NCBI RefSeq assembly: GCF_023055435.1
Contig: NW_025963890.1
Location: 17,484,001-17,548,000 of the forward strand
Reading direction: 5' to 3'
DNA from: Haliotis rufescens
Taxonomy: Eukaryota
Length of the DNA stretch: 64,000 bases
In this document: positions 11,828-25,725 of the stretch, one piece after another
Layout of the letters: each line of letters opens with the position of its first letter
Numbering within the stretch: the first letter of the stretch is position 1
Made by a program: the position numbers and the translations under genes
Notes under the pieces: generated by a model
Database searches by the model: none
Told to the model about the DNA's origin: nothing
What the model saw: the letters and a program-made list of their open reading frames with translations, nothing else

Positions 11828-13272
11828 GAGTAACTGAGTGCTAAATAGATGCATGGTAGATGTTCATTTGGCCTATTTCTAAAAAAAATAATATACATTT
11901 AAATATTCAGATGCAACTTTAATTTTGATATAAAAAGATACATTTAAAATCAGTTGTTTTATTATTGTGAACGGTATTTCTTCTTAAGATATTTGTAAAG
12001 GCACGGATGTATACTTACTATATAGATCATTGGTAAAGGCCTGTCAAAGATGTCTGTGTGCTGCAAATGTTGGCGTATCACTAATTTTATTACATTGAAA
12101 TCCATGGTAGTATTTGTTGAGATTTGAATGCTTGAATTGTTGTGGGAAATAACACAAAGGCTGATAAATAAAATGAGTTTGAATTATTTCATCGATGCAA
12201 TATGTTAGCCCAGACTGACTAATGTCTCGCTGTTTTCTGACGTAGAAAATACCGTGGCAATGTACCATTTTTCATGACGTTTTTCCCGCTATATTCCAAA
12301 GTGACAATTCGTCTTGTAGTTGAAGACTCAATAAATGTTGATATTATAGACTAATAATCACTACAAAATATGTGCTAGTTAAAAATATTCAGTTGTAAAC
12401 GACCATTTTTGAACGCAGGTGCAACAGGATAACTCTTTAGCTTGGCTCCGTCTCTACATGTCCGTCGTTGTCTCAGCGCGCATTGATCCGGGAACCAGAC
12501 CGGAAGCGACAGTTTGGACCGTCGCTTATATCATTTCAAAAGGAGAGTTATTGCCCTTTGGAACAAAAAGATCGCCCATTCTAAAGGTAGGCCCAATCGA
12601 GTAACTGAGTGCTTATAGATGCATAGAAGATTTTCATTTGGCATATTTCTAAAAAAAATAGTACAAATTTAAATATTCAGATGCAACTTTAATTTTGATA
12701 TAAAAAGTAACAACGTTATATCTTCTTAAAATATTTGTAAAGGCACGGATGTATACTTACTTTATAGATCATTGGTAAAGGCCTAGGCCCGTCAAAGATG
12801 TCTGTGTGCTGCAAATGTAGGCTTATCACTTATTAAATTGAAGTCCATGGTGGTATTTGTTGAGATTTGAATGCTTCGAATTGTGGTGGGAAATAACACA
12901 TGCAATATATTAGCCCAGACTGACAGAATCATTCTGAGAATGCCTCGCTGTTTTCTGACGTAGAAAATACCTTGGCAATCTACTGCTTTTTCATGACGTT
13001 TTTCCCGCTATCTTCCATAGTGACAATTCGTCTTGTAGTTGAAGACTCAACAAATGTTGATATTATAAACTAATAATCACTACAAAATATCTGCTAGTTA
13101 AAACAATTCAGTTAAAAACGACCGTTTTTGAACGAAGGTGCAACAGGGTAACTCTTCAGCTTGGCTTCGTCTCTACATGTCAATATTTGTCGCAGCGCGC
13201 ATTGATCCGGGAACCAGACCGTCGCTTATATCATTTCAAAAGGAGAGTTATTGCCCCTTGGAACAAAAATCG
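11828..13272. repeat. ~770-bp tandem duplication inside an unidentified 3.2-kb insertion (~10144-13375) in the 5' LTR
   Basis: GAGTAACTGAGTGCT at 11828 and 12599 begins two colinear, diverged blocks. Confidence 0.85.
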
Positions 13273-13759
13273 CAAGCTCCTTCCCAGCGCGTGACACTTC
13301 GTTACACTCTCGGTAACATAGTATAGAGAGCTCCGCGAACGGGCCATCGCTGTGAGGAGCTCACAAAAATCGCCCATTGGGGGGTATGCCGTTGGAAAAT
13401 AAATGGTGACCTGACATCTCTCTCTCTGTTTTAGGTATGTATGCATTAATATTGGTCGAAATAAGGCCGCCTTGTATCACATATTGCAAATAACAATGCT
13501 AGGACATAGGTTGTAGGTATTCTATTAGAAGTAGCATCGTATATTTGTTATATTTTCGATTTATCGAGCCAAGCAAAAACCTAGTGGTTAGCGTTAGACG
13601 TTCCGTCATTGACAGATTGTGTTTTCACTTTTTGACTATTAAAGGAATGTGATTCCCATTTTCGGTATGGGAATAGGATTCTAATAGTTTTGGTTCAGGA
13701 ATAGAATAGTTGTTTTGATCTTTAAAGATTAAGTATTCACCAACGCTGTTTAAACTCTG

Positions 13760-14033
13760 AGGGGGCACGGGTGGCCCAGTCGTCTATAGAGGCGCCGCGA
13801 TTCGCTGTGCAGAGTTGCGTCCCTTGGGCATGCCAGAAACCTATGATTGTGGGTTCGAATCCCCGTTCGCCCCCTATTATGTTTCTAGGTTCGCAACACC
13901 ATACCCGTGCTCGTGGGTTTCACCAAAGTGGTAAACGTCTTAGACCAGCATCACTTCGGGCTTTCCTCCCACATTAAGGGGATATAACAGGAATACTGTT
14001 AAAAGCGGCGTTTAACCCAACTCACTCAGTCAA
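13760..14033 (+). mobile_element. SINE inserted in the gypsy 5' LTR
   Basis: TSD TTAAACTCTG at 13750-13759 and 14034-14043; same family as 5218-5476. Confidence 0.85.
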
Positions 14034-14231
14034 TTAAACTCTGGTTATCACCTATTTTCGTGGGTCACGTGACCGCATCAGCTAGATTCAGGGGAAGTAA
14101 CTCTCATCTTGTTACGTTCCTGAAAGCACATGTCCTGGTCACTGAGGATCGAACATTTTTGTTATTGTTTTGATTTTGAATTATGACCGTTCAATGCAAT
14201 CTTTTCCATTATATTCAATTAGTAACTGCTG

Positions 14232-15646
14232 CTGAAAGGCAAAAGAAATGTCATGTGGATGTATCATATAAATATCTTTATTTTTAAATGCTTATATATG
14301 TAAGTAAAGACATCGGAGAAAGTCAGTGTTTAACCCACATGAAATTAACAGTCTGGGGAATGTTTTTGCTAATTGTGAATTTGGGGAGGCAACAGAAGAC
14401 ATCACAGCTGGGGGGTTCAAAATCAGTACCTGGTGTGGCCACCACGGGCGTTGACTACAGCCACACATCTCATGTACATGGAGTGGACTAGCCTGTTGTT
14501 GAAGGCCATTGGGATATGGGCCCATATCCTCAGGAACGCTACACACAGTTCTGCTGCAGTTGTCGGCCTTGGGTGTACGCCGTTGAGTCGGCGTTGGATC
14601 TCATACCACAAGTGTTCAGTGGGATTCAAATCCGGACTGAGGACAGGCCAAGGCATGATTTGGATGTTGTGCTGCTGGAAGAAGTCCCTGGTGACTCTGG
14701 CAGTGTGGGGACGGGCGTTGTCTTGCTGAAAGGTGTGGTTTTGATGACGGGCAAAAAAAAGGTACGATATGGGGTCTGAGGACTTGGTCAATGTAGCAGA
14801 GAGCTGTGATGCCATTACCCCTGCCTGGACTAATATTCTGAAAGATCACAGGTACCACTATCTGGTTCAGTCTGATTCCACCCCAAACAATGATGCTTGG
14901 GCCGCCCCACGGGTCTCCATAACACAAGCATCAGCATAACGTTCGCCCATCCTTCGCCAGACCCTGAAAGAAAGATGATTCTTCTCCATTGCTGTTGACG
15001 CCAATTTTGATGCTGCCTGGCCCATTGCAGTTGGGCCTGTTGGTGACGATCTCTCAGGATGGGTACACGAGCAGGACAGTGGCACGAGATCTTGTTTGCA
15101 GTTAGGCGACGTCGGACTGTGCGAACCGATCATGAACCGATCATGTCTGGGAGTAGTGACTCCAGGACGACCACTACGCGGTCGGTCGTCGGTGGTGTTG
15201 TTGGTGTTGTGGCGATGTTGCAAACGATATATTGTTCTGACATTGACATTGAATGCATTTGCAACGAACTGTGCACTCTGGCCTGCTTGCAGTCTTCCGA
15301 TCGCTTGTTGTCTCTCATTTCCTGATAATCTTGGCATGGCTGATGAAGCGAAATAACGAAAGCCAGCTTAACAGTTTTGGGTGTCTTTTATACCCATACC
15401 ATCCACGAGATGCACGTGCATCATGTTTTTGGCAAGACCTTTCCGCAACTGAGTCCAATTGCTTTTTTGTAGGCTGCGTTTGGGCAAAGCACTCCATTTT
15501 AAACTCAATTTTTAAATGGACTTTAAGGCAACAAAAAGAAGCAGTAGAATGATAAATGAGTTTATTGACCACAGAACATGTAACTGCCAGTGTCTGTTAA
15601 GTTTTATCAGTATTTTCAGAAGTGATGTTTCTTTTGACCTTCAGTG
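14232..15646 (-). mobile_element. Tc1-family transposon with frameshifted transposase (15337..14423)
   Basis: HTH region DRPRSGRP, catalytic FQQDNARPH and SPDLNPTEHLW. Imperfect TIRs CTGAAAGGCAAAAGAAA / TTTCTTTTGACCTTCAGTG followed by TA. Confidence 0.92.
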
Positions 15647-16295
15647 TATATGTAATAAGTTGGCATTGTTGAACTATTATTCTATTTACATGTAACAGAC
15701 TTGAATGTCCAAATATGTAATCAATGATCGGTCAAATTATGCATATTGTTGCATTAAATACACAATCCGGAAGTAATGTTTTTTGATTAAGCCTAATGGC
15801 ATCGTGTAAACGTGACTATTTGCATGTATTATTTCCATTATGAGAATTGTTTTTTCTTGCTAAAACTTGTACCAGAAACAGTCATTTTTGTATAATATGT
15901 ATGAAGGCTGTTTATGCAAGTAGTATTCTAAATACTGTATTCCGGTTACAGGTGTGTATTATGATTATTGTAGACATCTTGTATGTTGAGACTGATGTAT
16001 CAGCAGTAGCTTTCATGCAGTATTGTGTTGTTGTTAAACGGTTACATTGAAGTTCACAAGTTGCTTTAAGTGATTATACCCAGTAGGTCATTATGTTTCC
16101 TAGAAAAGTGTCACTAGGTAAACTATTTCTGATATGTGTTCAGATGCATTCCATTGCACATTGTTATTGAGACTTTGGGCTATATGCTGTTGGAAAATAA
16201 ATGGTGACCTGACATCTCTCTCTCCCTCTCTGTTTTAGGGTATATTGTTGTGAGGCTGACAACTTGGCGAGCGTGCAAGGATCAGCATATGCTGC

Positions 16296-19200
16296 TTGAA
16301 GTCCACTACGACAATATTGAAGATGTCAGAGACAGAGTGGAGCATCAAATCCCGGATGTTCAGTCTGGATGTTGGTGTGTTGACAGAATCGCTGGAGTGG
16401 CTTGGAATACCTGTCAAGGCTGGTACCGACAAATCACCGTGTTTGACAACTTTAGAATCCTATATGGTAGAATGTCGTTATGATCCAAGCATTGGGGGAA
16501 AAGAAAATGCAGCTATTACCAGCTGCTGTACCTGAAACGTCAAAGACCACATCACCGCCAACAATTGTGAGGGTAGCAGATGTTAAGGAGTTCAAGATTC
16601 ATGGGTCTGTCATCAAGCAAGGAATAGGTTTCATCAATTTGATATGACAGATTGAGGCTGGAGAAGAAAGTGGTTACAGTACTGTTGAGATTATTGATGG
16701 TGTTCTTCGAGTCATTCAACCAACAGAGTCACTGAGGGGATACATTGAAGGAAAGGCTGATCTTAGTTTACCCATTCTCAGGAAGCTTCTCCAAACAGTC
16801 TATGAGGAAAAATCTGTGGCAAAACTTTATCAGGACCTTAGTTGTGGTGTTCAAGAGGAAAAAGAAGAAACTTTAGATTTTGTTTGGAGGATTCTTGACT
16901 TGAGTCAGAAAATAAATTTCTCCTGCAAAGAGGATGGATCTGATATAAGGTATGACAAGAACCTGATGATAAGTATGACCCTGAGAACAATACTCACTGG
17001 CTTGAGAGACGCCATTATTGCACAAGAATTGAGGAACACTCTGTCATCTAATCCTCTGGATCATGAGATAATTGGTCAGGTTGGCGCTGCGGTCTGCCGA
17101 GAAGGAGCGGAGAAGGAAGAGCACACGTGTTGCTGATGTTAGGTCTGTAGTGTTTGAAGAATCAAAGGATGAAACAAGTGAACTGTTAGGCGACAGTGAA
17201 TGGCTGTCAAGGCTGCCAATGGGGAGAACACACCCTTTGAAGGATGGGTTGAAGTATCATTCGAACTGATGAAGGAAACCACTGATGGGAAATTGTCTGT
17301 TCCATTTTTAGTTACTGCGATGTCCAGCATCACTACCCCAATCATAGGTATTAATGTGATCGAGCAATATCTCTTCAGTCATGCAGAGTGCAGCAGAGTC
17401 AATGTCATGCAATCAGGGCTGTCAGCAATTAGGAAAGAAAAACTGGAAGCTGTAGTTAAGCTGTTGCAAGAGGAGCGACCTGATGCAATATGTGACTTTC
17501 ACAGTGGAAGACCAGTATTACGTGTCAAAGCTGGTCAAGTGTTACAAGTGAAGTTCATAGTCGCCACTAATGTAAGTGAACCCACCACTGTCTTATTGGA
17601 ACCAAACATTAAGGAACCTTGGCCTGATGGACTGAAGATTCAAGGATCGCTTCTTAGGTTGAAGAGATTCACCCAAACAAACATTCCGGTAACATTAATG
17701 AACTGTACTAGTCATGACATTAAAGTTCACAGCAGGACATGTCTTGGTACGCTGCAGCAAGTGAGATCTGTTATACCATTACAAGGTGAGAACGAGCCAG
17801 ATCTTGACCTGAATTTAGATGATATCCTGGTATCAGATAAAGACATCAGACACCACAAGCATACAAGAGCACTGGCATCCCCCAGTAGACTTAAGTGATG
17901 ATTTATGTGAGGAACAACATGAAATGATCAAGCAGATGTTATATGAAGAGTCAGATGTGTTCAGTAAGACATGATGATATTGGGACAATAACTGATTTGA
18001 AAATGGACATTCAACTTACTGATGATGTACCTGACAGAAGTCATATGTGTCCATACCAAGTCATAGTACTCGAGCCCTCTAGTTTGTGTCAGAAGAAAGG
18101 ACTCGAGTCTGAGACTATGTGTTGACAATCGGGCACTCAATAGTGAGACAGTCTGTGACAGGCACCCTCTACCATGCATACAGTTTGGGTGGAAACCAAT
18201 GGTTTATCTTGCTTGATCAGGGGAAGGCCTATCACCAGGGCTTCATCAAGGAAAGTTGTAGACCATATACTGCTTTTATTAGTCCTTGGGGGGGCTATAT
18301 GAATGGACATGCATTCCTTTTGGTTTAACTGGAGCACCAAGTGCATTCAAGCGCTTCATGAACACTTGCTGACAAGGGCTGGGGGACACTATTTGTATTC
18401 CCTATCTTGATGGTGTTACAGTCTTCAGCAAATATTTTTCACAACATGTAGTAGATGTAAGGAATGTCTTGCAACGGTTAAAGGAATCTGGGGTTAAACT
18501 TAAACCTCGTAAGTGCAATCTATTTAAGAAACAGGTGCGCTATCTTGGACACATTGTCTCAGAACATGGTATTCAGATGGACCCAAGAGTGAGTGAGTAT
18601 GGTTTTAAATGGTCTTCACACATTGTACCCATGTCAGAAATCGAACCCCAGTCTTCAGCGTGACGAGCGATCGCTTTAACCACTAGGCTACCCAACCACA
18701 CCCGATGGACCCAAGAGACAAGGAAGCTATTCTTAACCTCAAATCTACCCAACAAGCTACAGTGAGAGACGTGAGAAGACTATTAGGATTCATTGATTAC
18801 TACAGTAAATACATTCCAGATTACTCTCGCAGAGCAGTGCTTATTCGAACTGCTGTGTTGTTCCAACTCCAATACTGTAGACAAAGGTGTGAAGGTGCGA
18901 TGGAAAAAGAAAAATCGTCAGTTGTCCTCAAGTCACAAAACCACATGGACAGATAAACATAACCAGATTCTGCATGGTCTCATAGATGACTTGTTAACTG
19001 AAAAGGTGATGGCTTACCCTGACTGGGAAAAAGAGTTTGTATTGCATGTTGATGCCTCTCAAGAAGGACTGGGTGCCATTCTGTATCAGTCACAGGAAAT
19101 TAGAAAATTAGCTGTTGTTGCATATGGATCACGATCACCGTCTCCAGTAGAAAAGAACTACCATGCTCATTCAGGGAAGTTGGAGTTTCTTGCTCTAAAA

Positions 19201-21506
19201 TGGGCAATAACAGAATGGTTCAGGGACTATTTGTACTATGCACCCATCTTCACAGTCTTTAGTGACAACAACCCTCTGACTTATATTCTTACTTCAGCTA
19301 AGCTGGATGGTACCAGACACAGATAGGTAGCAGAATTGGGTGACTATAAATTTTCAATTAAATACAAGCCTGTGAAGAAGAACTCTGTTGCAGATGGACT
19401 GAGCAGAATTCCATCAGATATTGACAAGTATATGTCTGAGTGTGTCTGTGAAATAATTCAAGAATCAATTGAAATGTCAAATCAGGTTACCAATGCTAGG
19501 GAAGAGGGTGACATTGTCTGGATTTCATCAATTACTGATGACCATACTTGTCTTTCTGAAGTTGTCTCCTCTTCCGGCTGCAAGCCTACTTTCCATTGTT
19601 TTAGTGCTGAACAAGACGATGAACACATCAGACCAGTATTGAAAAACAAACAGAAGAAAAGGACACCCAATAGAATGACTAAACACAGGACAGAAACTAT
19701 GGACCTGTTCCGGGAATGGAGGAAACTCTTTCTTAATATGGATGGCGTTCTGTGTAGAACAGTGTTGTATGGCAGTGAAGAAAGGACTCAAATAGTACTT
19801 CCCCAGCAACTTAGAGCACTTGTGTTAAAAGAACTTCACAATGAAATGGGGTACGTTGATTCAGAAAGAGTTGTGGCACTGGTGAGAGAGAGATTATTTG
19901 GTCTCGCATGCAAGCTGATGTTGAATGTTATGTCACTAAGGAATGCACTTGTCTCAAAGACCGCACGCCAACAATTCCAACAAAAGCACCCCTGAAACCA
20001 ATATCAACATCTGCACCCTTTCAATTGGTGTCTATCCACTTTCTTCATTTGGAAAGAAGCACAGGTGGCTATAAGTACATTTTAGTTGTCTGCGACCACA
20101 TTACTAGATTTGCACAAGCATATGCAACGCGAAACAAGTGAAGACTGCTGCAGAGAAAATTTTCAAAAACATTGTGCTCAAATTTGGGTTTCCAGACAAA
20201 CTGCACCATGATCAAGGCGCAGAATTTGATGAAAAGCTTTTTCATCATCTGCAGAAATATTGTCGCAAGGCGAGAACAACTCCGTATCATCCAGAGGGGA
20301 ATGGACAGGTAGAACGCTTCAACAGAACTTTGTTGGGTATGCTTCGTACCTTTCCCAGCAAAATGAAAAGTAACTAGAAAGATCATTTAAATAAAGTAGT
20401 CCAAGCAATACAACTGCATGCGAAATGATGCCACCGGTTACTCACCTTTCTTTCTACTCTTTGGGCAATCACCTAGTACCAGTGGACCTAATGTTTGGAC
20501 TTGGTAACAAAGATTTAAACAGTGATCCTAACAAATATGTGAACCAGTGGCGACAATGCATGCAACAAGCATATGATCAAGCAAATGTGATTGCCGATGA
20601 GAATGCATGAAAGGGAAAGAAGCAATATGATAAAGAAACATGTCTGAAAGAGGTGGTCCGGCAAAGTTGAAATCTTATTGGGAACCAAAGATTCACATTG
20701 TGAATAAGTCATTTGTGGGTAAAAGTCCTGTATATGAAGTGAGACCTGAAGATGGAATTGGAAGGACTAGAGTTCTACACAGAAACATGTTGCTTCCTTG
20801 TGATGGACTTCCAGTTGACAAGATTGTTGACAGAGCAAAAGCCCACAAAGCTGGAACTCAAACGCTCCGGATGAAAAAGCACATTGTCGATTATGAGCAG
20901 TCAGGGACGGACAGTGATTCTTCAGAAGGCAGTGGCCAAGTGGAGATCGATGTGAAGGAAGTTCATCCTGAGAAGCATTTTGCTGCGTCAGAAAATGCCA
21001 ATGAAACACAACACCCAGTATCAAGTCGGTCGACGGATCATGGTTCTAGTAGTGTTGAGGATCAAGATGATACTGATGTGAGTGCAAGTGAGCAGTCACT
21101 AGATGGTGACAATTCTGTGAGGACCTGTGACCAAATAGATCTACAGCTACAATCAACAGAGAGTGAGGAAGAGTCCACAGATTTTCATTATGCCGATGAT
21201 GAAGCAGAGGTGAGGAAGTCACAACGACGAAAGAAATGTCCTGTCAAACTGACATATGCCACACTAGGAAACCCAACTGAAAACAAACATGAACCTTTTG
21301 CGACTTGCATGTCCTGTGGTACCTGTTTCATGGTATTACCCATACCAAATACTGTTAACACCAGTGATACATTACCCATGGTTCCATCCAGAGAGACCTT
21401 TACAAGTGATGACCTAACATTGAAACTTCACTATGAGCACAATGGTACGACCTTAATATGTATGGGTTGCCTTATGGGAAGAGACATCCAAGTTTGTTGT
21501 ATTTAG
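16296..21506 (+). pseudogene. gag-pol pseudogene of gypsy copy 1
   Basis: Fragments PIIGINVI (protease), [10 protein letters not shown] and VKLKPRKC (RT), [11 protein letters not shown]...DNNPL (RNase H), HHDQGAEF...[19 protein letters not shown] (integrase); many frameshifts and stops. Confidence 0.93.
18590..18703 (-). mobile_element. Internally deleted SINE inserted in gypsy RT
   Basis: 14-bp TSD GATGGACCCAAGAG (18576-18589, 18704-18717); absent at the equivalent site of gypsy copy 2 (~44201). Confidence 0.9.
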
Positions 21507-22519
21507 TACAGTCTGAAGTACAAAAGGTATTTCCACTTAGAATAACATTATGTAACAGTAAAAGGTTTGCAGTATTGTTTGACTGGACGTCTAGCAGAAT
21601 TGTTGCCTTCAGTGTCAAATATCGTAATAAATGTTCACTACAGGTTGTACACTTTGAAAGTGGTATTTTGCTGCCACTGAGGAACTTATTTGCCACTGAG
21701 GAACTTATTTCTTAATATTTTAAGTAGTTCTTTCTGTTAATATGTTTTCAAAACTATTGTTGAAGTTGTATTTGTAGTTCGCATACATATCTGTTGAAAA
21801 GTCGGGCCGATATTTTTTTTTATGGGGGGCAAATGTAAGAAAGTGAAATAATGATAATGTCCATGGTCAAAGGGAAGTAACTCTTTGGATGGGTGCGCTA
21901 CCACCCGAAGGTCAACTGACCAATCAAAATTGCCGGTTTGCTTTGGGCTGTATGCCGTTGGAAAATAAATAGTGACCTGACATCTCTCTCTCTCCCTGTT
22001 TTAGGAATGTATGCATTAATATTGGTCGAAATAAGGCCGTCTTGTATCACATATTGTAGATAACAATGCTAGGACATAGGTTGTAGGTATTCTGTCAGAG
22101 GTAGCATCGTACATTTGTTGTATTTTTGATTTATCGAGCCAAGCAGAAACCTCACGGTTAGCGTTAGACGTTCCGTCATTGACTGATTGTGTTTCAGAGG
22201 CCTTTGACTATTAAAGGAATGTAATTCCCATTTTCGGTATGGGAATAGAATTCTAATAGTTTTGGTTCAGGAATAGAATAGTTGTTTTAACTTTTAACAT
22301 TAAATATTCGCCAATGCTTTTTAAACTCTGGTTGTCACCCATTTTCGGGGGTCAGTGACCGCATTAGCTAGATTCAGGGGAAGTAACCCTTATCTTGTTA
22401 CATTCCTGAAAGCTCATGTCCTTGTCATGTTTGTTATTGTTTTGATTTTGAATTATGACCGCTCAATTCAGTCTTTTTTATTGTATTCAGTTAGTAACTG
22501 CTGCTGTATTATATATGTA

Positions 22520-22887
22520 CCATATTCGACATGATAAGGACCCAGGGCACTCTCATAATTTGAAATAGGAGACTCTTATTAGAATACAATTTTTGTGGAT
22601 TAAAAAAACACATTTGAAAGATCCTAAATTTCGTGGTTTATGCTGACAGCCTTAAATGATACAAAAGAAAAGTCTGTGTGTATTATACACAACAGATATA
22701 TTTTTCCAGAATTTAATTGCCCATAATTAAGGGTGCATATAATACACAGGTGTGTATTATACACGAATAAAAAAGTCTTGTGTACATTAGGGAATTGGAA
22801 GGAATTGGGATTGTTCGCTAGCCAATATATTAGCAAATACCGCCATGGGTGCTTATAAGAGCGGGGTGCTTATTAGGCCGAATACGG
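22520..22887. mobile_element. TA-flanked MITE (Tc1/mariner/pogo-like) in the 3' LTR of gypsy copy 1
   Basis: TA|CCATATTCG...CGAATACGG|TA; absent from both 5' LTRs. Confidence 0.75.
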
Positions 22888-23975
22888 TAATAAGTTGGCA
22901 TTGTTGTACTATTATTCTATTTACATGTAACAGACTTGAATGTCCAAATATGTAATCAGTGATTGGTCAGATTATGCATATTGTTGCATTAAATACACAA
23001 TCCGGAAGTAATGTCTTTTTATAAAGCCTAATGGAATAGTGTAAAAGTTTTCCTTGGAGCCTTGGAAACACAATGCTGTGTGGCCATGACATTAATCCGG
23101 TGTCGGAAAGAACTCGACAAAATGATTTGTGGTACATTTTGTGGTACAACGTCTGCCACACTCCATGCATTAATTCCCCATGGTGGTCAGAAGTTATGTA
23201 TTATTCGTGGTACAACTTTCTACTCCATGATTTGTTTATTACCAAACATTTTGCAAGTAATATATTTCCTAAATATTGTAATGAATGCGCCAACAGTCCT
23301 AAAGGAGGACTCACTCACATATTCATGAGTTTCACATATTTTCTTATCCTAAAAAATCTCCTGTGAAGATTAAGTAATGTCCAGTCAGTATGTGAGTGGA
23401 TGTGACGTTCAGAATGTTAATTTCTTTCCAGAATTAAATAGGTTAAACACCTGTTCAAATGGTGCACCTGCGTGCCGTCGCAGATGTAGCAGCTGTTTAT
23501 GGACTACATGTGTGATCACCATGCATTAGTGAGTGAGTGAGTTGGGTTTAACGCCGCTTTTAACTGAATTCCAGTTATGTCACAGCATGTCAGCTTAATG
23601 TGGGAGGAAAGTGATGCAGGTCTGAGACGTTTACCGCTTTGGTGAAACCCACAAGCACGGGTATGGTTTTGACAAACCTAGAAACATAATCGGGGCGAAC
23701 CAGGATTTGAACCCACAAGCATAGGTTTTTGGCGTGCCCAAGGGACGCAACTCTGGACAGCGAATCGCCTTAGTACTGGGCCACTGCGTCAAATCAAAAC
23801 AAAACAAAATGTTGTAACAAATAATGTATTTCATTAACATAAAGGAAATAGCCAAACCAAACAGAGATAGATTTTATGTATTTCCCAAATATTGTAACAA
23901 ATGCCTCAACAGTCCTAAAATGATTCAAAAATGTTTTGTATATAAGTATATACATATGTGTTCAGAGTTCACTGC

Positions 23976-25725
23976 CTAATCATCCTTCTTCTTAAACACA
24001 CTCTTGACTCTTCTGAAGAAGTTGGCCACCCTAGATAGCAAGGCCTTCAGGAAGGAGTGGGTTGGCTGGATGATCTCCTCATCCACGAGATCTACTTCAA
24101 CAAAGTCAGTGTCGTCCACGATGTACTGACCAGCGATAGTGAGGGACACAGAAGGGACAGTGCTGGGGCGAAGGGTCTGTGGGACGGGCAGGTGAGACAA
24201 GTGGGCAGGGATGGTCAGGGACTTTGAAGTGGGTTGCTATAGATAGGGAGGTAGTGGAAAGAATGGAATGTGAGGAAAGAATATTATGTAGATGGAAAAG
24301 GTTATACAATCATTGAATTCTATTGCAGCAAATAAAAGATTATGGTGGTAAAGACAGAAAAGGTGTGACAAAAGAAACAAGGTAAATAAAGATGATATAT
24401 AGTAGATACCGAAAGGTAAATATTTGTTTGTTGTTTAAAAACGCCGCACTCAGCAGTATTCCAGCTACATGACGGCGGTCTGTAAACAATCGAGTCTTGA
24501 CTAGACAATCCAGTGATTGACATCATGAGCATCTATAGTAAAGATGATGACTTGAATGATATTCTTGGAAATACAAATGTGACAAACTTTACAGAATTAC
24601 TGAAGCCTTTGAACCAAAGTACTCTTAACATTCGTAATAGGGTTATATTAATTGCATACAGTTGGTTTAAGGTAGGAAAACAGTATAAACATTCAGTTAC
24701 AGCTTTATGAAAACAGAGACCAGTACATAGAAGTGTTCAACATATCGGTGAAAACTCATGGAAGTGCTAAACAGGCATTGTTAAAGACAACCCTTTATGA
24801 CACCTACATGGCAAGGGGCAGGATAAGTCAGTTGGGACAGAGGCTTGAGGAACCAGATCATCCGATCAACTATGGGGAAACAGAAGAATACACATACAGG
24901 TATTAAACACCCAGAATGTATGTTGCTGGTTCCTAATCTTTGGGTGATGACTAGTAAATTATATATCATTTTGCAGTTAATAAATTATTTGTGCTGACCG
25001 ATAGGTTGTATATAGCTAAGCTTTTAGGGGTTCCTCTTTTCCAAAATGTTCCAGTTTTATGTTGGATAAAGGGTAGATCTAATTGTAATAACTAAGGGCA
25101 GCTAGCCTAGACACTGCAAAGTATATCTCCCTGTTACTTTATAACTTGAACCCCTCAGACAATATAAGGGATAATAAGTTACAGTTTACCTTTCACTGCT
25201 AAACTAAGTCTATTTGCTAAAATACAAGGGATTTTGCCTAGCCATACAATACTGATTTGGGCTCAGACTGCTGTGTCAGTTCTTAGAGTTTATAAGAAAT
25301 CATGGGCAGATCCAGGTTTATAAAAAAGGGAGTGGGGGACAGGGGATGTTCCACTTGGGCTATTTGTAACTTCAGTAGGGGCAGTTCCCACCCAAAAAAC
25401 TTCCCCAAGACTCACAAACTCTTCATGTAAACCACTGATAATACATTTACATTGTTCATTTTACATCCAAATCAACATGTTACCATGGTAGGAAAGGCGC
25501 ATAAAGAATGTCATGAGATGTAAAAGACACAAGAACCCACATTTTATTATAATGTTTACAAGTTCAAGGTATACAAAGGTCCCTGCATTCAACAACTTAA
25601 GCCCCTAAAGCATGCAGTGTTTGAAGATACACACTACCTCATCACACTAATACACCAACGTGTAGGTACGGAATCTACTGAAGCGTAATTAGAATTGTAC
25701 CTTGAACATAAGTGCTCGCATTCAT
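23976..25725 (-). CDS. Three-exon orphan gene, copy B: join(25725..25701, 24869..24808, 24236..23976); 115 aa
   Basis: Same exon lengths and splice dinucleotides as copy A. Exon 2 reads VDRMIWFLKPLSQLTYPAPCH. Start context GTCATCATG. Confidence 0.78.

Larger units (their letters stand above)
10021..23048 (+). mobile_element. Decayed Ty3/gypsy LTR retrotransposon, copy 1 (5' LTR 10021-16261 expanded by insertions; 3' LTR 21834-23048 truncated)
   Basis: TGT...ACA LTR ends, PBS TGGCGAGCGTGCAAGGA at 16265, purine tract before 21834, domain order PR-RT-RH-IN. Confidence 0.92.

Noticed and set aside
5696-12000. Repeat unit as an endogenous virus or Polinton
   Set aside because: No capsid, polymerase, ATPase or protease ORFs; the unit has spliceosomal introns and host-type SINEs.
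20640-21506. 288-aa ORF as a host gene or env
   Set aside because: It is the post-integrase, low-complexity tail of gypsy pol, frameshifted in copy 2, with no transmembrane or signal features.
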